Shown here: in pieces, positions 52,900 through 64,000 of the stretch
Position numbering within the stretch: position 1 is the first letter of the stretch
Layout of the letters: the number at the start of each line of letters is the position of its first letter
From: Camelus ferus
Lineage: Eukaryota
Assembly: GCF_009834535.1 (NCBI RefSeq)
Contig: NC_045697.1
Location: 110,052,001-110,116,000 of the forward strand
Direction: 5' to 3'
DNA: 64,000 nt
Program-made: the position numbers and the translations under genes
The notes under the pieces: model-generated
What the model saw: only the letters and a program-made list of their open reading frames with translations
Told to the model about the DNA's origin: nothing
The model's database searches: none

Positions 52900-54620
52900 C
52901 AAAAGAGTAGAAATACAGTTCAAAAATATTAACCCCATAGAGAAGAACGAAGTTGGATGACTGACGCTTCTCGACTTCAAGATTATAAAGCTACAGTAAC
53001 CTAGATAGCATGGTATTGGTGAAAGAATAGACAAATAGATCAATGGAACAGAAAAGAGACCCCCAAAATAGACCCATGTAAATATAGTCAACTGATCTTT
53101 GACAAAGGAGCAAAGGTAGTACAATGAGTAGTCTTTTCAACAAGTGGTGGTAGAACAAGTGGAGAAAGAAAGAAAGAAGGAAAGAAAGAAAGAAGGAAGG
53201 AAGGAAGGAAGGAAGGAAGGAAGGAAGGAAGGAAGGAAGGAAGGAAGAAAGGAAGAAAGGAAGGAAGGAAGAATCTATACACCGATTTTATACCCTATAA
53301 AAACTTAACTCAACATGGGTCACAGATGTAAATTCAAAATGTTAAAACACAAAAGTCCTAGACAATGGAAGAAACTTGGATGCACTTGGATTTGGTGACA
53401 ATTTTTTTAGATACAACATCAAAGGCAGGATACCTGAAAGACAGAATTCAGAAGTTGGCCTTTGTTAAAATTAAAATTTCTGCTAAGCAAAAGACACTAC
53501 CAAGAGAATTAAAAGACAAGACCTAGACTGGGAGAAAATATTGGCAAAAGACATATCTGGTAAAGACCAGCTATCCAGAATATACAAAGAACTCTTAAAA
53601 CTCAACAAGAAAACAAACAACCTGATTAAAAGTGGGTGAAAACCCTAAAAGACACTCACTAGAGAAGATATACAGATGGCAAGTAAGCATATGAAAAGAT
53701 GCTCCACATCATACATCATCAGGGAAATGTGAATTAAGATGACATACCACTACACACCTATTAGAATGGCCAAAATCTGGAACACGGACAACACTATATG
53801 GTGGTGAGGATGTGGAGCAACAGGAGCTCTTATTCACTGCTGGTGGGAATGTAAAATGGTACAGCCACTTTGGAAGACAGTTTGGCATTTTCTCATAAAA
53901 CTAAACATACTCTTACCATAAGATCCAGAAATCACACTTCTTGGAATTTGCCCGAAGGAGTTGGAAATTTATGTCTACACAAAAACCTGTATATTGGTTT
54001 TCACAGCAGTTTTATCCACAATTGCCAAAACTTGGAAGCAACCAAGATGGTCTTCAGTAGGTGAACAGACAAGTGAATTGCAATATCTAGACAATGGGAT
54101 ATTAGTCAGTGCTGAAAAGAAATGATCTATCAAGCAATGAAAAGACATGGAGAAACCTTACACGCATATTACTAAATGAAGAAGCCAGTCTGAAACAGCT
54201 ACATACTGGATAATTCCAGCATTCTGGAAAAGGCAAAACTATGGAGACAATAACAAGATCAGTGGTTGCCTGGGTTTGGGGTGCAGGGTGTTGGGGAAAG
54301 GATGAACAAGCAGAGCATGTTTTTGTTCGGGCACTGACACTACTCTGTATGCTACTATAATGGTGGATACGTGCCATCACACATCTGTCCAAACCCACAG
54401 AATGTAAACCACCAAGGGTGAACCCTAATGTAAACTACGAACTTTGGGTGATCATGATGTATCAATGCACATGCACTGATTTTAACAAATGTACCACTCT
54501 GTGAAGGATGCTGATAATGAGGGAAGCAACACATGTTTGGGGGCAAAGGGCTCATGGGAAATCCTGTACCTTTCTCTCAATTTTGCTGTGTACCTAAAAA
54601 TTCTTTAAAAAGTAGTTGTT
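52900..54620 (+). mobile_element. L1MC1-like 3' fragment (end of ORF2 plus 3' UTR)
   Basis: tagatcaatggaacaga... and the diagnostic tail gtccaaacccacagaatgta...gtgaaccctaatgtaaacta...ctcaattttgctgtg. Confidence 0.9.
53161..53272 (+). repeat. (GGAA/GAAA)n polypurine microsatellite
   Basis: About 110 bp of pure purine, including more than 12 consecutive GGAA units. Confidence 0.97.
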
Positions 54621-55727
54621 AAAATATATTAACCCTATTATATCTTTAAACAAGATATAATGGTTCAGAACAGAGTTATGCAAAATCACCTTGAAGAAAC
54701 AGAATCACTCCCAGGGCAGAAGGCTTGACTGAGGTATTAAGATACCAAAGAAGGAATGTGTAATTAAATGGATGTTAGTGAGCAACAGAAGTCCAGGCAG
54801 TCACTAAGGCACCACAAAATTCTACTTGGCAGTGCTGTGTGAGTTTTTTCTGAGGAAAGGGTAACATAGGCCAATGACGTTCAACACTTGAATCACACAT
54901 ATCCTGCTTGAACCATTTGGGATGAACAAGCAACTTTCTGAGTATAATTTGGCTCCTGTGTCCTTTTTCCTAGAGAGAGTTTGGTCATCCTGATATGACT
55001 CCTGTAATCCACATGGCAATCACAGTTCTTCTATAAATAAAAGAGCCGCATTCTGGTTTGTATATCAGTCTTCTTCCTAACGGTAATAAGTCCCAACCTC
55101 AGGAGAGGAACTCCCTACTTTGTTAAGATGAGGTCTTGAGCCTACATCGCGGAGGCTTAGCTGTGGGACTGGGGTTAATTTGAAAACGTGAAAACTTCTT
55201 TGTGAGATGTTTGCCTTCTTTTGAGAGAACTAGACCTTGCCTAAGGCCTTTCTCCTTCTCTTTCCTCCAGAAGTATCTCAGAGTCAGAGCTAAGGTGAAG
55301 GAATTCGATACAGTTTGCAAATGGCTAGTTAGTTGGCACTCATTCTAATGAATTTCATTCCAAACAGGAGATTGGCCTTAAATAATGAAATATGAATGAC
55401 TGATAATATTGACTTCCCTCTTCATTATCATAAGAGTTATAAATTTTTGCCCTGTTCAAAGTTGTGGATGACCTAGAGACACCAGTTCCAAACTTATGGG
55501 AATTCTGTTACTTTGGAAAGTATAGATCTTACCTGGTTTGGAGACAAAGTGGAATAGAATAGAGTGGTAGGGTTTCAGAAGCTGCAAGTATCACATCACT
55601 GTTAAATAACTGTTAAGTAACAACTAGTTGCTCTGGTGAGAATTTATACCTAGCTAACTTTACAGAATTCAATTAAGGATTTGGAACAGAAAGAGGAGAG
55701 CAGTAACAACATAAACAGTGACTGGTA

Positions 55728-56020
55728 TTCTCCAGACGTAGCAGACAAACTTATGGTCACCCGGGGGGAAAGGAGGTGGGAAGAGATAAATCAGGAGTTT
55801 GAGATGTGCAGATACTAACTACTAAATATAAAATAGATAAGCAACAAGTTTCTACTATAGAGCACAGGGTACTACATTCAACATCTTATAGTAACCTATA
55901 ATGAAAAGGAATATGAAAAGGAATATACATATGCATACATGACTGAAACTTTATTCTGTACACCAGAAATTGACACACCATAGTAAACTGACTATACTAC
56001 GATTAAAGAAAAAAAAAAAA
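55728..56020 (+). mobile_element. Lineage-specific L1 3' tail with 15-bp TSD
   Basis: TSD aaacagtgactggta (55713-55727) / aaacagtgactagta (56021-56035), plus poly(A). Same tail type as 25680-25940. Confidence 0.92.
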
Positions 56021-56308
56021 AAACAGTGACTAGTACTGTCATATGACCTGACTTAGTCTTTGTGGTTTCCTTGTGAATTAGTTGTTACCATCTCCACTTT
56101 GCAGAAAGAGAAAGAGAGCTTGCCCATCTTGGGCAAGAGAGCAGTAGAGAGCCACTCAGCTGCACTAACTCCCACTGCAATTTCCATACTCCACACACAC
56201 GTGCCCAACTTTACCAAGAGCAGAAGCCCGAATTCTGGACCAACTGCCAAAGGGCCAGAAGGGTTTTTCTCCAAAATATCAAGGTCTAATTTGTTTATTA
56301 GACAATAG

Positions 56309-56890
56309 TGAAAAAGCAGGGAAGGGGAGCAGGGCACAACTACTAAAGGAGTGACACAGCAATTGAGGGCAAGACAAGCTGGTTAGAACCAAGATGGCAG
56401 AAGATTCGACTTCCAGTAGACCTTGAGCCTCATGGCACACCCACAGGTGCCATGAAAGTTCTTAGGCTGATCACAAAAGGTCAAAAAGTGGGCGGGGGCC
56501 CAATTCCTGGAAATCCCTGCCCTTTCCCCAAAGTCGTTGGAATAATCCTCCTACTCATTAGCATATAAAATTATCGAGCCCATAAGACCTAACAACTCTG
56601 CACCCTGCGGTTCTCTCTCTTGCCTTCTGAGATGGCCTGCACTCTGTCTATGGATTGTGTATCTGTTTTTACTTTAAACCAAATGCCCCCACACCTTTCA
56701 GTCTCTCTCCCTCTCACCTGAGATGGCCCACATTCTGCCTAAGAAGTGTGTATCTCCTAAGCCATTTTCCCTTCTGAGACGGCCCGCACTCTGTCTATGG
56801 AGTGTGTCTCTCTAAATAAACTTGCTTTCACTTTACCATGCCTTACTCTTGAATTCTTTCCTGTGCGAGGCAAGAACCTATTCTCTGACA
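56309..56890 (+). mobile_element. MER41-like ERV1 solo LTR (copy 2), 582 bp
   Basis: TG...CA termini, 4-bp TSD ATAG (56305-56308 / 56891-56894), TATAAAA at 56564 and AATAAA at 56815. The text aataaacttgctttcacttta...gaattctttcctgtgcgagg is MER41-like. Confidence 0.85.
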
Positions 56891-57646
56891 ATAGTAGATA
56901 CATTTTACTAGTTAGAATGCCCGCATGTAGCACCATGTGTTAATTTTATCTCAAGTCTTTTAACATCTAAGTGTTTATTTTCAATCAGCATATCAATCCA
57001 ATTCACAATTTCAATTATTCCCCTCATGGTAATTCAAAAAATGCATAAAGCTGCGGAAAGTCCACATTAGGGGCTCTGGTTCTTAACTCACGGTCATCAG
57101 CATAACCAAAGCTCTGGAAGCGAAACAGAAGAAATAAAAGCTGGCTTCTAGAAGGTTCATTTAAAGTGTTTAATGGATTGAAATGTCATGGACAACCACG
57201 TGGTTTATCTTCAGTTCAAAAAGACTCAGGATGGTTATATTTCCGCTCATGTGGTACAAAAGGAACAGTGAGTGATACGAGTAAATTGCAGGGAACCCTT
57301 TGGACTTTCTTGTCACCTTGCTGTACGGCCAGCCTCTCTTACAGGCCACTGAAGCCCTCTGAGATGACTCTTCGTACGAATAAGTGAACATTTCATGACT
57401 TAAAGAGACTTTACCTACCAAAGGGTTGCTTCTCAAATGCTATAAACTATAAAAAAAAAAAAACTATATATATAAAACTATATATTGAACTATACATTGT
57501 TTTAAACAATTGAAGTGTTAAGTTTAATGTTGTTGATAGAGGAATACAAAACTCAAGCTTGTGGGCTTTCCAAGAAAGAAACTTGAACTAAATATAAATA
57601 CATTGGAGTTACTTGTTTTAACTTTTTATTTTCTAAAAAAAATACA

Positions 57647-57768
57647 GGGGGAAGGTATAACTCAGTGGTAGAGTGCATGCCTAGCATGCATGTGGTCCTG
57701 GGTTCAGTCCCTAGAACCTCCATTAAATAAATACAGAAACCTAATTACCTCATCCAAAAAAAAAAAAT
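57647..57768 (+). mobile_element. tRNA-derived SINE, camelid Vic-1-like
   Basis: Pol III A box taactcagtgg (57658-57668), B box ggttcagtcc (57701-57710), unique tail aaacctaattacctc, then poly(A). Confidence 0.85.
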
Positions 57769-59429
57769 AAACAAAAAATAAAACACACAAAAAACCCCTA
57801 CCTAAATGTTAAAAGTGGTTTAGGGTGATTACAATTTATGATAATACAAAAAATAATTCACTCAGGATGTCAAGTGGTGCCTGTTGATGGGATGCTGAGT
57901 AAATCACATAAAACATAAGCTTCCAAAAGGCATATATATTTTTCATTTGAAAATAAAGATTAAAATTACAGGCATATTTTGAAGGGAAATCATACAGGAA
58001 GTCATAAAATGCTATTAAATAATTTATATCAAGGCCATTCTGACACTGATCAGTGGATTTACAATCTTTTAAAACCACTGGAACTCAAATACAAAAAAAA
58101 AAAAAAAAAAGTCACTTTCTGGTGTCCGTGATATGACCTGGCAGTATGTACTGAATTCATGCTCCCAGGAAAGCTCTGGCCAGCTTGAAATGTCAGTCAG
58201 TATTTGATGTACCTCGTCACTGGTTTTTACTGGAGCCTAGGAAATCCTGCCGACCCTGGTGTAGGTTAGTTGCATCTAATCAGATTTGACAGCCTTCTTA
58301 AGTGCCATCCTGTCCTTCTCTTGTTCCTCTTGTTATAAGTTGCAGCCTTTAGTCTACCTCTCTGCTGAGGCGTCATGACCTTCACACATGTCGTAGCTAC
58401 TCCTCAAAGCAAGGACCCAGTTCATTGCTTCAGATATCTTAAAACGGATACCTACCCAGACATTTATGGGTACCATGTGCTTGTATTACTGCCAGAGTAT
58501 TTCTAACCTTCTTTATGTGTAAGATTTAATAAGTAGAATTGTAAAGTGTGAAGTTCCATTAAAAACGCAACAGTCAAATTTAATTCAGTAATTCTAAATA
58601 CAAGAGGACTAAGAAGGACAACTCTGATCAGAGGTCACAGAAAACACAATGATGTGACAGCAGAAAAAAGCCTTCCCACCCATGTATTCATTAGCTTTTC
58701 TGACTGAATCTGAAAGTAGCAAGAAAGTAATACGGTCTTCACTGTCTTCTGCTCTAATTTTTTTATCTCAGCCCGGGTTACTCTTAACCATATTGATTAA
58801 TCCCAACTGTTAAGGTTGGGAGTAGATGGAAGGTTGAGTGATAAGAAAAAGACTAACATAAGGGTAGTTTCCTCTTGTGACGGCTGCTTCCTGCCAACAG
58901 AGTGCATCTCCGACATAGAAATGAATGGCACACTGCAAAAATGGAAACGGGTGCAAACCGCCCCCAACCACGGCCGTTTTTATTACTTTTATTATTAAAT
59001 CATTTCTGAATTCAACCACAGATATTATTATACTTACTAATCGTATCTTAATTTCATATTGAAATGTTTTCTTTGGGGCACGTTAGATATTGACTTCTAT
59101 TTAGGTTTAATCCTGCAAACAAATTGATCTGGGAGAACTGAGAAAAGAGATCTTAATTAGGAAGTGACCAGGTGCATTCCTTAAGTTTTAGAAATTTCAT
59201 TGGCTAGTGTGAAAATGTGTGATAACAATGATGACTTCTATGCCAGCTCTTTTGAGGAATAACTTATTGATTTCCTAATTTATATATATATATGTATATA
59301 TTTATTTAATGCCTATTACTCTGCAGAATTTATATTGGATGAGAAAGTTCCCTAGTAGTTGTTGGAAACCTTAATAGGTGAAGAATACCTGAATGGACCA
59401 GGGAAGGGAAAACCATTCTGAATGGAAGC

Positions 59430-59935
59430 CGAAGCCTTCACAGCGATCTCCAAGGCTCTGCTCCACCTACCAGTTCTCTGACCTCATTGTTCACGATCTT
59501 CCCCCTCGCTGACTCTGCTTCAGTCACACAGTCTTCTTTACTGCTCTCTGAGCAAATCAGGCAAGCTCCCACTGAACTTTTTCCTGTTTTTCTGAAATGC
59601 TCTGCCTCCCATTATATGAATGGCTACCTCCTCTCCTTAAGTCTTGGCCCAAATGTCACTTGCTCAGTGATGCCTGCCCTAACCTGCTATCTAAAAATTG
59701 CGCTTTGTGCCCTTCCCCCGCACTCCCTGCTCTGCGTTTTCTTTATTCCATAGCTCTTAACACCGTGTGACATACACTGCGCTTCAGCTATTTACCGTGT
59801 TCCGTGATCCTGTCTCTCTACCCCTGCTAGAATGCAAGTTTCACAAGGACGAGCATCTTTGTGTTTTAGCTCACTAGTACATCCCACTAGAAAAGTACCC
59901 AGCACTTCATACTCCATAAAACCGCTGTTGAAAGA
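59430..59935 (+). mobile_element. L2 3' fragment
   Basis: caaatgtcacttgctcagtgatgcctgccct...ctagaatgcaagtttcacaaggac. Confidence 0.8.
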
Positions 59936-60039
59936 GCACATAAAATATCTGAAGAGCCACAGTGCAGAGCAGGACTAGGACTTATGGGCACACACAAAGG
60001 AGGAAGACACGAGTTTAACGTAGCAAACTGACTTTCCAA

Positions 60040-60185
60040 AAAAGAGGTTTTCCACCTTGGTCATGTGACCCAATCACCTGCAGGGCCAGTTAAAACGACA
60101 GGTCCCGGATCCCAGACCTACTGAAGTAGGACCTTCAGGGGTCATCCTAGAATGATTATTTCACACCCAAGTTCAAGAACCGCCG
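60040..60185. mobile_element. MER5A-like hAT-Charlie element
   Basis: aatcacctgcaggg...ttaaaa...cccagacctactgaa...caagttcaagaacc. Confidence 0.55.
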
Positions 60186-61269
60186 GATCCTAAACTCTCA
60201 GCCACTGCAACATTCAAGGACAGACTGAAAGGCCGCATGTCAAGGGTGTTCAGGAAGAAATGTTTGTACGTTCACTGCAGCCAAAAGCTGGGCTCAAAAA
60301 TGCCATCAGTTCAAGACTGATTAATATACGTTCTGTTGCATCATTTAGGAAATGTTAACCTTCCTTTCCCTCAGGCTCTGCCCTGAAGTTGGGATGTATA
60401 CCTCTCAAGAGGAAAAGAAACAGAGCTCTGAGGAGTATCTCATATTATTTAACACTGAACTCTTATGGGGAAGTCTCATTACACCCAAAAATATAGGTGG
60501 AAATTTCTACTTATTTTGGAAGTCACTATTATTTCATTTAATAAAGGTAATTGAAATTTACTCTTAATTATGTTTAAAATCGACAAGAAGCCTGCTGAGT
60601 AAGTAGCCCGGGAGATAACCATTATTCAAAAATCAAAGTCAGGTTAATAATCTGCAACGTGAAAAGAACTCTAATTTAATATTCAATGTTAAGTGGAATA
60701 GTCTCTTTTCATAGCGAAGGCAGCATACGATGTGTAACAAAAATATTTTCACTGTGAAATGAACAAATGAGTTTCAGAAAAATGCAGGCTGCCTTTTAAA
60801 TAATGTTTGTTGTAGGCACAGATAAAGTGAGACTGAATCTCAAATGACAAAACAAGAACAAAAAAATGACAGAGAGCCAGCAAACAGCACACCTCAGACC
60901 CTTCTTTCACAAACTCCTTTTCTCTCACGTCCATTTGCTTTGCCCTCTGGCCAGCTCAAAGATTCAGAAGATTTATTTCTCGACTTTCTAGTAAGATATA
61001 ATTACCCAGATTGGATTTTTTTTTTTCAACTCACAATTATCTCCAAATGGGCTTTTTGCTTTGGGGTAGAAAGATCATTTAAATTAATTTTTTTTTATGT
61101 TTCCCATTATGGCATAAATTTGAGTAGGGAAACAACTGAAAAATAATGAGGGAAAAGAGTTACCGTTCACAGGAGCCTGTTCGGAGTAGTGTAATATCTG
61201 CCAAATTCTTTGCAGATCAGATATTACTGTACTGTTTGAAAGCAATGCTGACTGTATCAAAACGAAGTC

Positions 61270-61465
61270 ATAATAATAATTAATTTGCAGGTGCCATATA
61301 TTACACGCTGACCATGTTGCAGACACTGCTTTAAGTGCTTTGTATCAACTCGCTTAGTCCATCCGCAGCAGACCCTAATGCGGTAGGTACAATTATTATC
61401 CCTAATTAGAGATTAGAGAACTGAGGGGCAGATACACTGCCCAAGGACACGCAGTTGCTGTGACT
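61270..61465 (-). mobile_element. MIR SINE
   Basis: cagacactgctttaagtgcttt...ggtaggtacaattattatccc...gaactgagggg...tgcccaaggacacgcag. Confidence 0.8.
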
Positions 61466-61856
61466 TAAACACAACGTCCTTCCAGGAAAGTATTTTAGCT
61501 AATGTACCATTGTTAAGGATTCATAAACATTTCAATCAAATGGCTTTTTTTTTTTTTTTGAGACTTTAAACTTAGGTTAACTGAAACTTCAAGAGCCCTG
61601 AATGATTTAACTTTCAGTATTTTCACTACTTTTTGCTGTCTTTAGAGGGTTGTGAGTGGGTTACTGGATTTGAGTGTATTTTTCTAATAACACACTTCTG
61701 TCTAATCATATACACTTTGAATGAAAATGGGCATACCAAGAAGTGGCTGGACTCAAAACTTCATTACACTGAGTCTGCAACAGCACCCACTGTACCGTCC
61801 TTAGTTTTAAGCATTTTGCCAAAACAGGGACAATATACGGAACACGTGGCACTCAC

Positions 61857-62714
61857 CTGCTTCACAATTTTCAGTCACAATCGCCTTATATAGACGTTGG
61901 CTGAAGGAAATCTTTATATCTTCTCCCTCCATGTGAACGACCAAGAGACCAGTGGTTGTCCTGGCTGGGACCCCTTGGTCCATAACTTTTAATTGCAGCC
62001 AGAAAGGAAAATATTCTGAAGATGGGTTTTTCTGAAGCTGAATTTCTCCTGTATATTCACTAATTGAAAATATGGACTGAGGCTCTGCAAAGCTAAAAAT
62101 GACAGTTCCGTTGGGCCCCAAGTCTGGGTCACTGGCTCTCAGGATGGCAGTTGTCCGGTTTGTAGGTGACTGGCGGGAAAGAAAAATATCAAAGGGGTTC
62201 TGTTCCCAAACTGGATCATTGTCATTAACATCAGTGACATGTACTTGGATAATCGCTGTGGTGCTTCTCGAGCCCTGGATGCCACAGTCTCTAGCCACAG
62301 CCCTGAACGTGTGTTCAGATCGGGCTTCTCGGTCGAGGGTGTGGCCAGTTCTCAATATGCCAGTCATGGGATCAATGGTGAACGCCCCAGGGGCCGCATC
62401 CACCAGAGAATACTCAGTTTGCCCATTCAGGCCTTCATCCTTGTCCACAGCAGAGAGCACGAGGACCACAGTTCCCACCTGAGCATCCTCTCTCACGGAG
62501 GACCAGTAATGGAGCTTGGGGAAGGCAGGGCTGTGGTCATTGTCATCCAGAACTCTGACCTGCAGCTGCATGACGGCACTCCTGGGTGGATCCCCCAAAT
62601 CAGAGCACAGGATGACTAGAGCGAAGTCGCTGACTTGCTCCCGGTCCAAAGCGCGAGTGGTTGAGAGCTCTCCCGACGTTTCATTGACAGCAAAACACTC
62701 ATCGGTGTTTCCCT
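61857..62714 (-). CDS. DCHS2: DCHS2 internal coding exon (858 nt, phase 1/1), about 2.7 cadherin repeats
   Basis: Acceptor tttaatag|AGGGAAAC and donor GCAG|gtgagt on the minus strand. Translation has LDRE, DDNDHSP, DKD and DVNDNDP cadherin motifs. Upstream exons lie beyond the window. Confidence 0.93.
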
Positions 62715-62985
62715 CTATTAAAGAAAACAAATTCCAAGTCCATTTGAATTGAAAAAGTAGCAGCCCTTTGCTATGAATATATATGTAATATATACACACA
62801 TTCAATAAACATTTCCTGATTATTACATCTTAGGACTTTTGTAAACACTTTTGTCAGTCTATGATAAAAAGTCCCTGCCCGCATGAAGCTTCTATTACGG
62901 GGGATAAACAACATGATGTAATTCAATATCTATCTTAGTTCAGTGCGTAATTCATAATGCTTGCTGTGACTGATTTGCAATAGTA

Positions 62986-62991
<6 letters not shown>

Positions 62992-63022
<31 letters not shown>
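62992..63022 (+). repeat. (GT)n microsatellite
   Basis: About 15 units, seen directly. Confidence 0.97.
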
Positions 63023-63024
<2 letters not shown>

Positions 63025-63759
63025 AACTTCAACTTTTTAAATTTATATATTTTTCCCCTTGAGAGGATTAAAATGCATGTTCTATTTGAAATAAAATAAT
63101 AGTAGACAGGGATAAGAAGCAGGATGTCCATTTTGAGGTATCAATCAAAAGTTAACAGATAGATTTACAACGGCACATTTGTAATTTTCCCAAATGTTAC
63201 TCACTCCAGATGGAGTGCTGGTTATACTATTACATTAAGTGCCTCTTCTGCATTTCCTGGCCTTTTGTGCATGAATCATAGCATTTCTGTTAGAGAGAGT
63301 AGAACACCTGTCTGTTTCTTCCATAACATAAGCAAGGGTGATGTTTTATTCTTCTCTGTCTCCTTCAGAAGGTTTCCTTTTACTATTATCCACGGTACCA
63401 AGTAGAAGAAAAGTTGAAACTAAACACAGGGATAAAAAACTTCCAAAGATGTTTTAAAACCTCAGCCTGAAAATTAGTTGGGAAAATGTGGTTCGGTGAC
63501 CTACTAGCCATATTCTTGGATGAGGGGCATGTTCTTGGACAAGGGGCACTGTCCCCAGTAGGGTGGGAGTCTACTGGAGGCTGCCAGAGGCTCATGGAAG
63601 AAGTGGACCAGCATTCTGAGAAAACAGTCATAGGTAGTGCTGGGGCCGGGGAGAAGGGACCTGCACCGGGATGTCCTCACAAGACACAGTGAATTTGTAC
63701 CTAACATATGGATGACGAGACAAACTACATTTCTGTGGCAATTGTGGTTGATAAAGTAA

Positions 63760-64000
63760 GTCATTTCTTCAGCAAACATTTAAAGAACACCTATCGTGTA
63801 CCAAGTATGTGCTGGTCGCTGGGAATACGAGGAGAAGACATGGTTCTCGCTTCCAAGAGTTTACAGTCCAGGAAGAGAGGCAGGTCAGTACCTGGACTTT
63901 GAAGTGTGGTGTGAAACTCACACATGCAGGGTGCTGGGAAGCACTTTGGAAGAGCAGAGCGGTCCTGCGTTAGGATGGCCAGGAAATGCCTATTGGAAAG
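63760..64000 (-). mobile_element. L2 3' end
   Basis: catttcttcagcaaacatttaaagaacacctatcgtgtaccaagtatgtgct. Confidence 0.7.

Noticed and set aside
57647..57720. tRNA(Ala)-like gene
   Set aside because: The stems carry mismatches, and it is followed by a SINE-specific tail and poly(A), so it is a tRNA-derived SINE.
8874..62714. Gene could be DCHS1, FAT4 or a pseudogene
   Set aside because: There are no EGF or LamG domains before the TM helix (not FAT). The tail and C-terminus DEVQI fit DCHS2, and the introns are large. The spliced frame has no stops or frameshifts.
62099..62752. Plus-strand ORFs overlapping the large exon (also 9094-10152)
   Set aside because: They are shadow ORFs opposite real coding sequence, with no independent support.
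1..64000. CRISPR array, rRNA, prokaryotic operon or defence system
   Set aside because: The sequence is mammalian (spliced gene, L1/L2/MIR). There are no regularly spaced repeat-spacer units or rRNA-like segments.

Overview
Mammalian genomic DNA, very probably a camelid. This is inferred from a Vic-1-like tRNA-derived SINE at 57647-57768 and camelid/artiodactyl-type L1 3' tails. The window holds the 3' part of the giant protocadherin gene DCHS2 (Dachsous 2) on the minus strand. Eight GT-AG coding exons (62714-61857, 39326-39213, 29438-29227, 26463-26312, 16692-16562, 14707-14421, 13466-13334, 11497-8874) join in phase into one uninterrupted reading frame of about 1,500 codons. It encodes one partial and ten further cadherin repeats, a transmembrane helix and the Dachsous-type cytoplasmic tail ending ...DEVQI*. 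The rest is 3' UTR, downstream flank and repeat-rich introns (L1 of several ages, L2, MIR, two MER41-like solo LTRs, a MaLR LTR, small DNA transposons, microsatellites). I found no clearly novel biological system. The least expected signals are: (i) a heavily decayed but collinear BED-finger hAT(Ac)-type transposase fossil split by an L1; (ii) that L1 has its 5' end joined directly to late ORF1, like a spliced integrant; (iii) an 89-bp, 97%-identical local templated copy of an old L1 segment; (iv) MER41-like LTRs carrying STAT motifs; (v) a Ca2+-motif-free cadherin linker and a Tyr->Cys change in a conserved tail motif. Repeat family names come from recognition by eye and their boundaries are approximate.
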